The notes under the pieces are model-generated. The model made no database searches and had not been told where the DNA came from. It was given only the letters and a program-made list of their open reading frames with translations. 64,000 nt of DNA, from UHGV virus genome UHGV-1374396, one strand, 5' to 3'. Within the stretch, counting starts at the first letter, position 1; each line of letters begins with the position of its first letter. Position numbers and translations under genes: made by a program. The stretch is from a virus. Below, in pieces: positions 26,783 to 37,646 of the stretch.

Positions 26783-27433
26783 ATGATAGAATCAGAAAAG
26801 AACGGGTCAGAATTACACAGACTAAGACCTATGCAAGAAGGTTATGACGAAAACCTATTTAGGGAATTATACAAGGTTTGCCAACCTATAATAAGAAACT
26901 TAGTTCGTCAGATTGATTGTAAAAGATTTAACTTATCGCCAGATATTATAAAATCTCAATTCGATGATAAGTTATTATTTGTATTTAATAAATACTACGG
27001 GTCAGTTAGCAAAGACCAGTTAAAGTATACTATAATAAGAGCTTTAACTACTTATAAACTACACCTATTAAAATATGCTTATTCAGATAAGGCAAGTTTT
27101 TATCAACACCAAGTATCACTTGATACTTTATTCGATAATGATAAAGAGTTATTTGATGATTCTGAAGAACAGATTAAGAAAGAGAATTTAATTAAAGAAG
27201 TAGATAAGTATATGGAAGAACACTTATCTATGGATGCTTATCTAGTATGGGAAGCATTAAACCACCAGCCACCCTATATACGTAAAAGATTACACGGTGA
27301 AAGAGTTACTAACAGATTACTTGCAGAATTCTTCGATTTACCTAAGTCACGTAATTCAGTTAAGTATATTTCTAAACTAAGAGATGAAGTTCATCATTGG
27401 ATGAAACAAGCTTCGAAAGATATAAAGTTATAA
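26783..27433 (+). CDS. Putative ECF-type sigma-factor-like transcription regulator
   Basis: Region-2-like FRELYKVCQPIIRNLVRQI...DIIKSQFDDKLLFVFNKY. Region-4-like HTH ERVTNRLLAEFFDLPKSRNSVKYISKLRDEV. Lone plus-strand gene with its own early promoter. Confidence 0.4.
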   Translation: MIESEKNGSELHRLRPMQEGYDENLFRELYKVCQPIIRNLVRQIDCKRFNLSPDIIKSQFDDKLLFVFNKYYGSVSKDQLKYTIIRALTTYKLHLLKYAYSDKASFYQHQVSLDTLFDNDKELFDDSEEQIKKENLIKEVDKYMEEHLSMDAYLVWEALNHQPPYIRKRLHGERVTNRLLAEFFDLPKSRNSVKYISKLRDEVHHWMKQASKDIKL

Positions 27434-27439
27434 CACAGA

Positions 27440-27470
27440 AATAGGGGCCAGAATTAACTGAACCCCTATT
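27440..27470. terminator. Hairpin (aatagggg/cccctatt stem) between convergent genes
   Basis: Inverted repeat located between the 3' ends of 26783-27433 (+) and 27504-29039 (-). Confidence 0.3.
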
Positions 27471-27503
27471 AGTGAACATATTTAATGAAAGAACAAGAAA
27501 GCC

Positions 27504-29039
27504 TTATTCAACTTTTATAATATAATATAGAGTGTAGTAAGGTGGTCTATTCTCATGAGCTTGGCCATTACCCGTTTTACCTGTTAGGTAGATAGTTCCA
27601 TTACCTTCATTTTTAGCAGAAGAAGTTCTTAAACCTTCATACTGTCTGGTTGCTGTAAAATTACCTCCAGCTTCATTTATACCTTCTTCCTCCAAAGCTT
27701 TAGGTACTGGGAAAGAATTACCGTCAGCTTTAGTATCATCTGCATAGATGTGGCTGTGTGATGGGATCTCCTGAACATTTAACGTATGTTTCTCTTCTCC
27801 ACCTGTTGAACCAAGGTTGTAATCTGGTAAACTATCCTTAACTCCAACGATAAATCTACCTTTTAAATCTGGTAATCTGAAGTAACCCTCTGCAGTATTA
27901 TAAGGCTTTCCCTCGGAAGATACTGCTTCGTTATACTTATTACCTAATACTGCGTATAATTTAGGGTAATCTTTTATGGATAAATATCTTCCATCGCATA
28001 CCATATAACCGTTTGGAGTAGTTGAACCAGCATACATTGTTACTGAACCAATCGGTACACTTATGAGTGATTTAAGTGTTTCTTCGATATACTTATTTAA
28101 ATCATCTATACGATTATTTATTGCTTTTAAACTACTTCGAGTAAGCTCTTGTATTAGTTCACTAAGATTATGGTAGCTAGATTTAGTATTACTAATTCCG
28201 CTATATATAAAGTTCATTAATGACTTTATACTATTCTTGAATAGGTTATGGGTGAATAGTGTATAAGGTGCTTCACCCATAACGCTTCCTTGGTAGGGTA
28301 CTATAGCGAAAGGTTCTAATTTATTATTTACCTCATTTACTCCTGTACCATATATACCAACGAGTACCATAGAGTTTTTGTTCTTAGCAAATTCTGGGTA
28401 AGCTCTCATTACTGTATCCTCTAAACTACTGAATGAAACCTTATCCTTTACAACGGGTATGTTATCGTTGCTGCTAGTATTATACCATTTATATAAATCT
28501 CCTGTTGGATAGTATGGGTCTCTTGATTCTCTATATATAGAGTAGAAGTCATAGGGTGAGTTATTGAATATAGCTACTAGAGTTACTGGGTTATCTACCT
28601 TCTCTGGTATATGTTCATGATGTGCAAATAAGAATACCTCGTTACTCTCAGTACCTTCTATGGGTACTGTGATTGACCCTTGGCCAAGTCTTAGTATAGT
28701 TCCATCTCTAGCTATCAGAGATTGCATTGGTTCCTCACCAGTAGATGAAGATGTGGTTCTATGTGAGTTTATCTTACTACGTACTACATGACGTAGTTGG
28801 TCTACGTTTTCTTCTTTTGCAGATATTGAGTTCTCATCACCTGAGGCATAAGGGTAAACCACTAATTGTTTAATACCTCCACTATCTACAACTTTTGCAG
28901 AACCAAATCCCGATATAGGTCCTACACCGGAAGTAATTCCGAAAGTTTCGCATAACCTCTTAGATGATAAACTATCACCATAATTGAAAAATGTTTCTTG
29001 TGCTGCCATATTATTCTTCTTTGTTAGTTTCTTGTTCAA
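27504..29039 (-). CDS. Tail fiber protein with C-terminal phage tail-collar domain
   Basis: LPDLKGRFIVG...GSTGGEEKHTLNVQEIPSHSH...HENRPPYYTLYYIIK matches the tail-collar fibre domain pattern (LPDLRGRF...GG...HTLT..E.P.H.H...HNN.PPY..L.YIIK). Confidence 0.65.
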   Translation of the reverse strand: MNKKLTKKNNMAAQETFFNYGDSLSSKRLCETFGITSGVGPISGFGSAKVVDSGGIKQLVVYPYASGDENSISAKEENVDQLRHVVRSKINSHRTTSSSTGEEPMQSLIARDGTILRLGQGSITVPIEGTESNEVFLFAHHEHIPEKVDNPVTLVAIFNNSPYDFYSIYRESRDPYYPTGDLYKWYNTSSNDNIPVVKDKVSFSSLEDTVMRAYPEFAKNKNSMVLVGIYGTGVNEVNNKLEPFAIVPYQGSVMGEAPYTLFTHNLFKNSIKSLMNFIYSGISNTKSSYHNLSELIQELTRSSLKAINNRIDDLNKYIEETLKSLISVPIGSVTMYAGSTTPNGYMVCDGRYLSIKDYPKLYAVLGNKYNEAVSSEGKPYNTAEGYFRLPDLKGRFIVGVKDSLPDYNLGSTGGEEKHTLNVQEIPSHSHIYADDTKADGNSFPVPKALEEEGINEAGGNFTATRQYEGLRTSSAKNEGNGTIYLTGKTGNGQAHENRPPYYTLYYIIKVE

Positions 29040-29508
29040 ACTCTGAAATCATATCCCTTAAACTAGAGAACCTTAGTGTTATGATGTATACTAGTACTTT
29101 CCATACACTAAAACCTTTCTTAACACCGTGTAGTACACAGATGTGTGAATAGATGCTATCTATCTCAAAACCATAACATAGGATTAGTACTATTGAAGCT
29201 AGGGTTTTTGGTTCTATGCCCATTGGTTTACCAAAGGACATTCCTAGAAAAGAAGCAACTAAAATATAACATAAATAATCTACTGTCTTATTTAAAGTTC
29301 TTCTACATGCTCTAGAACGTCTTACTGGTTTATTTAAATGTATACTTTCTGATATGCCAAACCAAAAGTCTGCACCTATTAATACAAAAGCTAACATTAA
29401 CATCCAACGTAGTTCAAAAAATATATATTGAGCTTCTACACCAAGGGTTAAGGCTAATCCGCCTCGTACCCCTTGTGAAGTTAAGTGTTCTCCAATGTTG
29501 CTGTCCAT
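29011..29508 (-). CDS. Polytopic membrane protein (3-4 predicted TM helices)
   Basis: Hydrophobic segments LALTLGVEAQYIFF, WMLMLAFVLIGADFWFGI, LCYILVASFLGMSFG, LASIVLILCYGF. Confidence 0.45.
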   Translation of the reverse strand: MDSNIGEHLTSQGVRGGLALTLGVEAQYIFFELRWMLMLAFVLIGADFWFGISESIHLNKPVRRSRACRRTLNKTVDYLCYILVASFLGMSFGKPMGIEPKTLASIVLILCYGFEIDSIYSHICVLHGVKKGFSVWKVLVYIITLRFSSLRDMISEFEQETNKEE

Positions 29509-32213
29509 TCTTGATCTGTATTTATAAATAAGTTAATTATTATACCTCCTGTCTCAGGATCATATTGGTAATGGTCCTTATTTGTTCCATCAATAGACAT
29601 CGAATCTAATACACCGTTTGAGTTATTGAATATTGCCTTACTTGGTGTTGACTTAACTACTGGTTGTATATCATCTGGTAAGTGAGTAGAACCATCTCTA
29701 ATTTCTAGGGTATGTACTATATCACCTACTTTGAATATATACTTTCCAGGCTTGTTAAGTGTGTAAGATTCTTGATTAGAGCCCTCTTCTGTTATATCAT
29801 CAGGGTCTGTTAAGTATATGTCATATCTTTGTCTTAACAACTCTCTATCAATACCTAATACCTCTACTTGGAAGAACATACGGTCATCAAGGTTATTCAT
29901 AGTAATAGAACTATAACTATCACTTGTTGACCAGGTTGTGTTCTCTGCCGTTTCTGTACCAGGTATTGGTACTAATCTTAGGTAATAAGGTTCTGGTAAA
30001 GTAGGTTCTGGTATTAAAGGACGTTTCACTTCAAAGCTTAATACCTTAGAACCTTCTGTATCTTTAATAGATATAAACCATGAACCTATGTAACTAGTTG
30101 TAATAGCTACTACGTTAAAGTTTTCATCAACCTGTTCATATAGTATAGAATATTCTGGTATCTCGAATACACCTGGATTATCTGGGTTTAATGTTAATGT
30201 TTTCGTATCACCCTGCGGTGTTGTAACTTTTACAACTACATCTCTTAAATCAAAGGTTAAATCATTAGTCTCATCTACCCTTATCTTAGTAAAGAATTGA
30301 GCCTTTCCATTGCCCTCTGATATATACCTTGTATGTGTATCATAACCATAGAATTTTAGAATAGTTCTAGGAACTAAATTACATTGTACTGTAGCAGGGT
30401 TGATAATGGTTGGGTGAGTTTTTGACATTAGTGTAAATGTACCAAGGCTTGGTAATGTAACTGGTGCTGAATCACTGTTTTTCCAACTATCTCCTGTTAT
30501 AACCGTACCCGATATTAGCCACTTAGTGTCATTATTAATAATATCTTTCCAATCCGAGAAAGCTAATATATTATCTGGCCTTGAAGATATATGTTTACCG
30601 TTTATAGTGTTAGTACCGTAGGTTATACCCTTACCTTGTAATAACTTAATTACATCGTTAGGTGTTAGTTGAGTATCATCCTCAAATGATATAACTGGTA
30701 GGTTTGGATTTAATACTAGTATATCTATTTCTGGCATAGTTATACTATTTACAGAATCACCAGTCACATTGATAACTAAATTATCTGACCAGGGCAATTC
30801 TTTATTACGTTCTCTTACTAATATCTTACCAGGTTGTAACGGTTGTACTGATTTATCATTCTCAACATTTAATGTTACTGATTTACTCTTGTTTAGTGAA
30901 TGATAGAATATGTTGGTTGATTCTTTGAATATATGGAAAATAGATACATTTTCTAATTTCTCATAGGTACCAGAAACAGGTTTGGTGTATGATATCTTGC
31001 CATTTACTTTATCAAACCATACTGTGGTTGGCCATACAACTTCACCAGTATTAGAGTTAACTACACCTAAATACCTCTTTATACCATTACTGTATGTTCT
31101 TATAGCAGTTACTCCAACTACTGAAGTGTGATACCTTCCCTTAGTTATTGACCAAGTATTAGATGATAAAGGCTCTAATGTATCGAATAGTGATTTTATA
31201 GAGATATCGTCAGTATACTGTAGGCTATTATCGATTTTTATATATTCTACAGATACTTCAGTTCCGATATTTTCTCCAGATTGAGGTATAGTAGGTTCTG
31301 GTACAAAAGTTCTGGTCCAATTGTTTAATCCAATCGGTAGTGAATCAATTTCGTAATAGTAAGGGGTTACAAGAATATTACCCTTGTTTTCACCAGTAAA
31401 TTCTGATTTATTACCCTTGTATTTAGTAGTAAATCTAACTCCAGCTACCTCTTTATGTGTATTGTTATTATAGGCCACTACTCTAAAGTAATTAGTGTTC
31501 TGACCTACATTGAAAGTTGAACCACTAGTTTTCCAACGTTTATTTACTGTATCGAAATATTCGATGTATAATTGATAAGGTAAGTCTAACCTTGATTGGA
31601 ATTCACCTTTTATATATACTAAAGGTATCACATTGAAAGGTGAATATTCTGTTAACATGTCACATATAGTCTTATATACTGATTTCGGTATATTACCGTC
31701 TACCTTATATATAACCGTAGGCACATTCTGTAAAGTATAATCTACATCTAAGCAGGTACTGTCTGATTCTGTATCATAGTCCATTATACTTTCTTTCAAA
31801 GGGTTTTGATTTGATACGTTCTCAGTAATGCTTAGTGATAGATTGTTTTCTTTATTGTGTAATTTCTTAAACAGAGTAATGAAGAACTCTTTACTGCCCC
31901 GGTTCTTTATAAACCACGTAGACATAGATATTATCTCTCTACGTTGTCTATTTGTTAACTTAAGTGATTCAATTGAGTTACTTCCGGTAAAAGGTATACT
32001 GCCTAACTGTTTAGCCAGTAAATCTAAGTTCTTTTCATCTGTATTATCTATAGATATTACGTTTAAGAACTTATCAATATTTTCTTTTACTTTATACAAG
32101 GCATCGCCTATCAACTCAAGGAAGCTTTCGAGTAAACCTTTGCCTTTTACCTTATAAGAATCGAATTCCTTATAATAGCTTGGTAGTAGATTTATAAGTT
32201 GTTTTATATCCAT
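29481..32213 (-). CDS. Large tail fiber / baseplate structural protein
   Basis: 910-aa protein between the J-like baseplate gene and the collar-domain fibre. Ser/Thr/Asn-rich beta-type composition. Confidence 0.45.
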   Translation of the reverse strand: MDIKQLINLLPSYYKEFDSYKVKGKGLLESFLELIGDALYKVKENIDKFLNVISIDNTDEKNLDLLAKQLGSIPFTGSNSIESLKLTNRQRREIISMSTWFIKNRGSKEFFITLFKKLHNKENNLSLSITENVSNQNPLKESIMDYDTESDSTCLDVDYTLQNVPTVIYKVDGNIPKSVYKTICDMLTEYSPFNVIPLVYIKGEFQSRLDLPYQLYIEYFDTVNKRWKTSGSTFNVGQNTNYFRVVAYNNNTHKEVAGVRFTTKYKGNKSEFTGENKGNILVTPYYYEIDSLPIGLNNWTRTFVPEPTIPQSGENIGTEVSVEYIKIDNSLQYTDDISIKSLFDTLEPLSSNTWSITKGRYHTSVVGVTAIRTYSNGIKRYLGVVNSNTGEVVWPTTVWFDKVNGKISYTKPVSGTYEKLENVSIFHIFKESTNIFYHSLNKSKSVTLNVENDKSVQPLQPGKILVRERNKELPWSDNLVINVTGDSVNSITMPEIDILVLNPNLPVISFEDDTQLTPNDVIKLLQGKGITYGTNTINGKHISSRPDNILAFSDWKDIINNDTKWLISGTVITGDSWKNSDSAPVTLPSLGTFTLMSKTHPTIINPATVQCNLVPRTILKFYGYDTHTRYISEGNGKAQFFTKIRVDETNDLTFDLRDVVVKVTTPQGDTKTLTLNPDNPGVFEIPEYSILYEQVDENFNVVAITTSYIGSWFISIKDTEGSKVLSFEVKRPLIPEPTLPEPYYLRLVPIPGTETAENTTWSTSDSYSSITMNNLDDRMFFQVEVLGIDRELLRQRYDIYLTDPDDITEEGSNQESYTLNKPGKYIFKVGDIVHTLEIRDGSTHLPDDIQPVVKSTPSKAIFNNSNGVLDSMSIDGTNKDHYQYDPETGGIIINLFINTDQEWTATLENT

Positions 32214-32214
32214 A

Positions 32215-33927
32215 TTACATTACTTCTTTAATATCAAGATTAAGACCTTCTCCAGTAAATACTATAGATGAGAATTTATTAGCTTCAAAATCATGGCCAG
32301 GTTCATTTACTGTAAATTGGAACTTACTGCCATTAGGTATATCATGTATGTTATATAATTTAAGATTGAAACTAATATGGTTTTTAGTATCATCTATAGT
32401 TACCAATGTTTGATTTTTATCGAAATTTCCTGAACTATAACCTCCAGTTGTAGAGTATAATCTATAGCCTTCAGAGCTGAAAGTTATTAGGTAGGTTACT
32501 GATTTTGAATTCCTGATACTACCCGTACCAACTCTGGTATAGTCTAGATTCAAGTATGTATGTCCGTATATAGATTTAACATAAGGTGTTATATACATAT
32601 CCTTGATATATAAATAATCTACCTCTTTAAGGTTATCAATTAATGAATATATATCTGAAAGCCTTACAGAATTGCCTAAACCATAATTACTAGAGTTATA
32701 TTCATTATATAGAGCAGATAGTATAGCATTTTTAATACTTACTTCACTAGAACCAGGTTTACCAGTTACCTGCATATCTAATTTTAACTTGGTTATATTA
32801 GCAGGTAATACTGTAATAGAATCACCAATAGTTGACCTATCGGTTATATATTTCTTTACATTACTTATCAATTGAGAAGAAGGTGATACACCGGGAGTTA
32901 GTGAAGTTATATACAGCACTTTGTCCAATACATTGGTTGTATCTATTGCAGCATCTTTAACGCCAGGTACTTGTTTAGCCAGGTCTACGAAATCTTTATT
33001 TGTAATGGCTTTTCCTTGTGTTCTAGAGAATGAAGATATTACTTCTCGTAGTACTTCTATGTTGTCTTCTGTAAAACCATCTGCAGAAGCTTCTGGGTTA
33101 TTAACAGTTACGTTTTCACCTAATACCTTTATACTATCAGGTACTTTAGTTATACTACCTTGTTGAATGTTACCGTACTCTCCCAGGGTTATATAATAAT
33201 TTATCGTAATGTCTTTACCAGAGGGTAGCCTATGACCTAGTGGGAATTTTATATAAGTGCCTGTGTTGTTTGTATACAATCTGTATACTTTATCAGTTAG
33301 TGGATTGTAATTAGCAAAGGTATCAACCAAGGTATACTTATCAGTACCTACATACATTGTAAAACCTACAGTACTGATATGTTTAGTTGTATCTGAGTTT
33401 GGTACTCTTATATCTATACCATTAATTATATCTGTTGAAGGTATATTTATATTACTAACTAACTCTATCTGAGATAGTGACATCTTTAATTGTGTAGTAT
33501 ACTTAGGCCATACTATATCAGATAGAGTTTGCCAAGTGTTACCGTTACTATCATAGAAAATGGTACCTGAAGGTATATTATTATCTACCTGAGAAGTGTC
33601 TGGGTGTATACATCTAGTTAGTATAACGTTTACTGTAGCAGGGTTTGCTCCTCTTGGTAAGTAGTCTACTAAAGCTCCATGTGATAATACTGATGAGTAT
33701 AATCTTGCTGAATCTAAGAAAGATTCTCTTGCAGCATTATCTATGTAATAATGTAACATCTCTACTACAGCAGCTACTGCAGAGATTATGATAACCAAGA
33801 TATTACCTTCAGATATATCCGTTATTAGTTTACCTCCCGTCGGACTTGGTATAGATGTAAGAGCAGATATCATATCTCTCTTTATATCTTGGAAAGATCT
33901 GCTATAAGGGTTTGTCCATTTATTCAT
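32215..33927 (-). CDS. Baseplate protein, J-like (gp6/gpJ position)
   Basis: 570 aa immediately upstream of the gp25/W-like wedge gene in conserved V-W-J order. Assigned by synteny only. Confidence 0.4.
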   Translation of the reverse strand: MNKWTNPYSRSFQDIKRDMISALTSIPSPTGGKLITDISEGNILVIIISAVAAVVEMLHYYIDNAARESFLDSARLYSSVLSHGALVDYLPRGANPATVNVILTRCIHPDTSQVDNNIPSGTIFYDSNGNTWQTLSDIVWPKYTTQLKMSLSQIELVSNINIPSTDIINGIDIRVPNSDTTKHISTVGFTMYVGTDKYTLVDTFANYNPLTDKVYRLYTNNTGTYIKFPLGHRLPSGKDITINYYITLGEYGNIQQGSITKVPDSIKVLGENVTVNNPEASADGFTEDNIEVLREVISSFSRTQGKAITNKDFVDLAKQVPGVKDAAIDTTNVLDKVLYITSLTPGVSPSSQLISNVKKYITDRSTIGDSITVLPANITKLKLDMQVTGKPGSSEVSIKNAILSALYNEYNSSNYGLGNSVRLSDIYSLIDNLKEVDYLYIKDMYITPYVKSIYGHTYLNLDYTRVGTGSIRNSKSVTYLITFSSEGYRLYSTTGGYSSGNFDKNQTLVTIDDTKNHISFNLKLYNIHDIPNGSKFQFTVNEPGHDFEANKFSSIVFTGEGLNLDIKEVM

Positions 33928-33928
33928 A

Positions 33929-34318
33929 TTAATATAGGTTATAAGAAAGTCCTAAACTATGTTCACTACCGTTACTTATTAAATTATAGGTTATAACCAT
34001 GTTCACGGTACTACCATCTTTGATAGTGTTAATATCTTTTATTTTAATGCGTGGCTCGTATTTACTTATTGCTATACGTAGGTAAGTGTATACAGCACGG
34101 TCTAGTACTAAATTATTAGGTTCTTCTATTATACTAATTAATTTATTACCGAAATCTTCTTGTCTTATACGTTGACCTACTGTATATTGCAATATCGATA
34201 CGAGGTTATCTTGTATAAGTTGTATATCACCTTCTACTGGATATACACCTGAATGCCCTTTAAACTCTGTTACTTTTAAAGGGAATGTAACACCAACGCC
34301 TATGTTTATATCTTCCAT
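33929..34318 (-). CDS. Baseplate wedge protein, gp25 / GPW family
   Basis: IQLIQDNLVSILQYTVGQRIRQEDFGNKLISIIEEPNN matches the GPW/gp25 core (i.qsi..iL.T..GER...PdFGs.l..l.Fe). Confidence 0.55.
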   Translation of the reverse strand: MEDINIGVGVTFPLKVTEFKGHSGVYPVEGDIQLIQDNLVSILQYTVGQRIRQEDFGNKLISIIEEPNNLVLDRAVYTYLRIAISKYEPRIKIKDINTIKDGSTVNMVITYNLISNGSEHSLGLSYNLY

Positions 34319-34321
34319 AAT

Positions 34322-35035
34322 TTAATGTTTGAAATCGGGGTTTTCGAAGTCTGTTTTATTTATAGGTGATACCGGTTTCGTTACCTGCTGTGTAGTTGGT
34401 GATGTTAATCCTGGACCAGGAGTAATACCGGGGTGTGTATGAGTGTTAAAAGCTAATCTCAAACTATCTACCTCTTTCACTAATTTATTTAGTACACTCT
34501 CTAAATCCTCAGACCTTGGTACGCATTGTTTACCTTTATTAATTGATACCTTATCATTGGTAAGTATTTGTACACTAGAACCTGATACAATATTTATACC
34601 AGTTTTACCTTCTCCGTGTATAGTAATACCGTCTGGTGCTTCTATAAACATTGTACCTGTTTCATCATCAATCAATACTCTAGTACCTCTTGGTGTAATT
34701 ATACCGCATACTGATTTAGATTTAAAATCGTCTGGCATTTCGTCCTGAGCCCAACTATGCCAACCCCATAATGGTTTTCCAGGGTCACCGTTTTCAAATG
34801 AGACATATACTACATCGTTAAACTCGGGTAAAGGGTGAGATCTAAACCCACCCTTATTGTATCCGAAATTACATATTGGTAATGCCCAATCTATTATTTG
34901 TAATTCAGGTATATATACTTTTAACCTATCCATATTAACCTCGTCATCGTTTGAAACCACTATGCCTCGGTATACGGAGTAGTATCTACCTAGTGCTTCT
35001 AGGCCATTATCTACTATTTCTGAAATTGCTGACAT
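34322..35035 (-). CDS. Baseplate spike / assembly protein V-like (gpV OB-fold)
   Basis: YRGIVVSNDD..RLKVYIPELQIIDWALP...DVVYVSFENGDPGKPLWGW resembles the phage baseplate assembly protein V N-terminal domain. Confidence 0.55.
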   Translation of the reverse strand: MSAISEIVDNGLEALGRYYSVYRGIVVSNDDEVNMDRLKVYIPELQIIDWALPICNFGYNKGGFRSHPLPEFNDVVYVSFENGDPGKPLWGWHSWAQDEMPDDFKSKSVCGIITPRGTRVLIDDETGTMFIEAPDGITIHGEGKTGINIVSGSSVQILTNDKVSINKGKQCVPRSEDLESVLNKLVKEVDSLRLAFNTHTHPGITPGPGLTSPTTQQVTKPVSPINKTDFENPDFKH

Positions 35036-35045
35036 AATCTATGTT

Positions 35046-37076
35046 TTAATTACCTTTGTTTTTTGCCCAAGAATTTACGAACCGTTCAACATATTTCTTT
35101 ATATTACCGCTTCGTATTACTTGTTCTTTAAACTTATTATCCGATAACTTATTTCTACTATTCATAACAGCCACGTGGTCTTTACGTGTAGCTCCATGGC
35201 TATCAACACTAATAGGGCTTTTTCCAGTTGCAGTCTTAGTAACCTGTATATCGTATAGCTCTCTAGTTAATACCTGTTTAACATCATCAACGTTCTTTAA
35301 TGGTTTAGTGATATTTACTAACCAATCCACTTCGAAAGCGTCTAGATATAAGGTTTGTTTACCTCCTGATGTAGTTCCATTCTTTGGTTTACTACTATTA
35401 TCACCTTGCGGTGTTGGTTTAGGATATCTTGATTCTAGTTTGTTTTCTGAGTTTGTATTACTAGTTTCTTGTGTTGGTTGAGTAGACATCTCTGATGTAC
35501 CTTCCGTTTTCTTCTTAGGCATACTACGTATTAATAAACATTCGGTTGTATAACCTGAGGAAGGTTCTAGTTTGTGTATTGCTTTTGCAATATACCATAA
35601 GCCAGAGTAATCTTTACTTACATTACTTAGGTATACCTGTTGACAAGTTTCTAAGTGTGGGTTACCTACAACTAATAGATTACATTCAAGACGTTTCTCT
35701 TTTTTATGTCTACCTAAATTGTTCTTGGCATTATTGAGAAAGTTACCTACATTTATTGGAGTATAGGGAGTACTTCTTGGTATACCACCATTGATTACCT
35801 TTGATATGTCTTCATATACATCCATACCATAGTAACCTTTGAATTTTACTTTTACTACGGCCTTGTATTTCATATACATACCAGTTTCGAAGGCACTATA
35901 CCAATTACCGTTTGCTTGACGAGGTGTCATCCAACCTGTAACAGGTTTCCAAGTACCCGGGGTATAACCTACATATTCCCAACCTCTCGATATATTGGTT
36001 GCAAGTAACCTATTTACTGCTTCTCTAACCTTGGCATCCATTGCACCTTTACCGGGAGCTCCACTGTTTATAGCTTCTGCCGTTGGGCCAACTGTATTAG
36101 CTCCACTACTACCTGAATGTGCAAAATCATATATGGTTATGTACTTATAAAACTCTCCATATAATCCTCTTGATGTACCAGCTAATACTTTCTTACCATT
36201 GGCAACTTTGTATAGGAATTGTTTTGAAGCTTCTACTTCCCTTGGGTCAGCATTAGGGTTAGCTAATAATTGTTCATATCTCTTTAAGGCTTTATCTATT
36301 TCTGGGTTCTGTCTTCTAGCTAGATTAAGAGCTGCAGTTTTATCTATGTTATCTCTTACCTCTTTTTGTTTCAAAGCTATCTCTGCTGCTCTCTGTTCTT
36401 TACTAGAAAACTTATGTCTCAACCTAGCCTGTTTTACATCGTTTCTTTCTCTTGTTCCTTTTGCATTAGATGCCTCTATTTCAACGCCTTGTCTATCAAC
36501 TCTAGTCTTATCTGGTTGATGGGTTAAGTAGCCTTTAGTTTGGCTCTCTAATCTCTTCTTTGGTGCATTGTAATAGTTATCTAATTCCTTCCTCTCATCC
36601 ATTTGAACTCTTATCTGTTCTTGTATAGAGTTCTGAAGGTTACCAACGAAACTTTGTAGACCCTTGGTAAGGTTATCAACGAAAGATTTCACAGAACCTA
36701 AGCTTTTATATTGCTCTACTTCTCTGAAAGTTGCGGTTAATACCTCACCGTTTTCTGATTGATATGAATAATAACTTACTGGCTCACTTGTATATCTTCT
36801 GTTGTGTATGTGTATTACACCATTTATCAAATCTATATACCAAGGCCCTCCTTCTAATAGGGTGAGTTTCTGTTTAAGTTGTACTAATACGTTAGTACCT
36901 GCACTACCTATGGAACTATTTAGTATCTGTAATAATTCACCCGTAGGTTCTACTGGCGAAGTTGAAGCGAATCTGTTAGAGTATAAGATGGTACTCTTAA
37001 AGTCAGGCTCAATCCGAAGAGTAGCAGGTTGTACAGAACGAAATACTTCTTGGTTACTTACTAGTTTTTGATTCAT
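35046..37076 (-). CDS. Putative baseplate hub / tail structural protein
   Basis: 676 aa located between the gpX-like and gpV-like genes. Coiled-coil segment in the middle. Assigned by position only. Confidence 0.3.
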   Translation of the reverse strand: MNQKLVSNQEVFRSVQPATLRIEPDFKSTILYSNRFASTSPVEPTGELLQILNSSIGSAGTNVLVQLKQKLTLLEGGPWYIDLINGVIHIHNRRYTSEPVSYYSYQSENGEVLTATFREVEQYKSLGSVKSFVDNLTKGLQSFVGNLQNSIQEQIRVQMDERKELDNYYNAPKKRLESQTKGYLTHQPDKTRVDRQGVEIEASNAKGTRERNDVKQARLRHKFSSKEQRAAEIALKQKEVRDNIDKTAALNLARRQNPEIDKALKRYEQLLANPNADPREVEASKQFLYKVANGKKVLAGTSRGLYGEFYKYITIYDFAHSGSSGANTVGPTAEAINSGAPGKGAMDAKVREAVNRLLATNISRGWEYVGYTPGTWKPVTGWMTPRQANGNWYSAFETGMYMKYKAVVKVKFKGYYGMDVYEDISKVINGGIPRSTPYTPINVGNFLNNAKNNLGRHKKEKRLECNLLVVGNPHLETCQQVYLSNVSKDYSGLWYIAKAIHKLEPSSGYTTECLLIRSMPKKKTEGTSEMSTQPTQETSNTNSENKLESRYPKPTPQGDNSSKPKNGTTSGGKQTLYLDAFEVDWLVNITKPLKNVDDVKQVLTRELYDIQVTKTATGKSPISVDSHGATRKDHVAVMNSRNKLSDNKFKEQVIRSGNIKKYVERFVNSWAKNKGN

Positions 37077-37635
37077 CTATTGATACATTTACTGGTTCGT
37101 ATTTCTCTATAACTATTGGTTGACCTACCTCAAAACCGTCATCCATAAAGTTTTTAAACGTATAACCTTCTGAAGATAGTTTAAATGGGCTCATCTTTCT
37201 CAAGTCACTGGTTTTATCTTTTAATAAAACACTAACGTGTGTGCCGGTTTGGTCGAATGTTACTTCTTTACCTTTTACTTGTAAACTGTATGTTTTAGAT
37301 GATTCGAATGAACCATCTGCAAATACATATCCATATTGTATTAATACATCTTCTCCACTTTTAATACCTGAAACATCTACTGTATCTGGGTTGCCAGTAT
37401 CAATAGTGAACTTACATTCGTTCTCTTGTTCCTGGTCTAATTTATATGAAAATGTTGATATATATTCACTTAACGGTAGACCTGAATTTGTCTCTATTAT
37501 AGGTGTTTGGTCATCGTGGAATATAGCCAAATAAGGTGTACCTGTACCACTATAAAGTATATGACCTTGAGATCTAAATTCCCTATTAGATTGGTCGTTT
37601 CCTTTATTTGTAGTTTTATCCTTTACTTCTGCCAT
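37054..37635 (-). CDS. Hypothetical tail protein
   Basis: 193-aa ORF in the tail module. Confidence 0.35.
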   Translation of the reverse strand: MAEVKDKTTNKGNDQSNREFRSQGHILYSGTGTPYLAIFHDDQTPIIETNSGLPLSEYISTFSYKLDQEQENECKFTIDTGNPDTVDVSGIKSGEDVLIQYGYVFADGSFESSKTYSLQVKGKEVTFDQTGTHVSVLLKDKTSDLRKMSPFKLSSEGYTFKNFMDDGFEVGQPIVIEKYEPVNVSIDESKTSK

Positions 37636-37646
37636 AGAAATTTATA

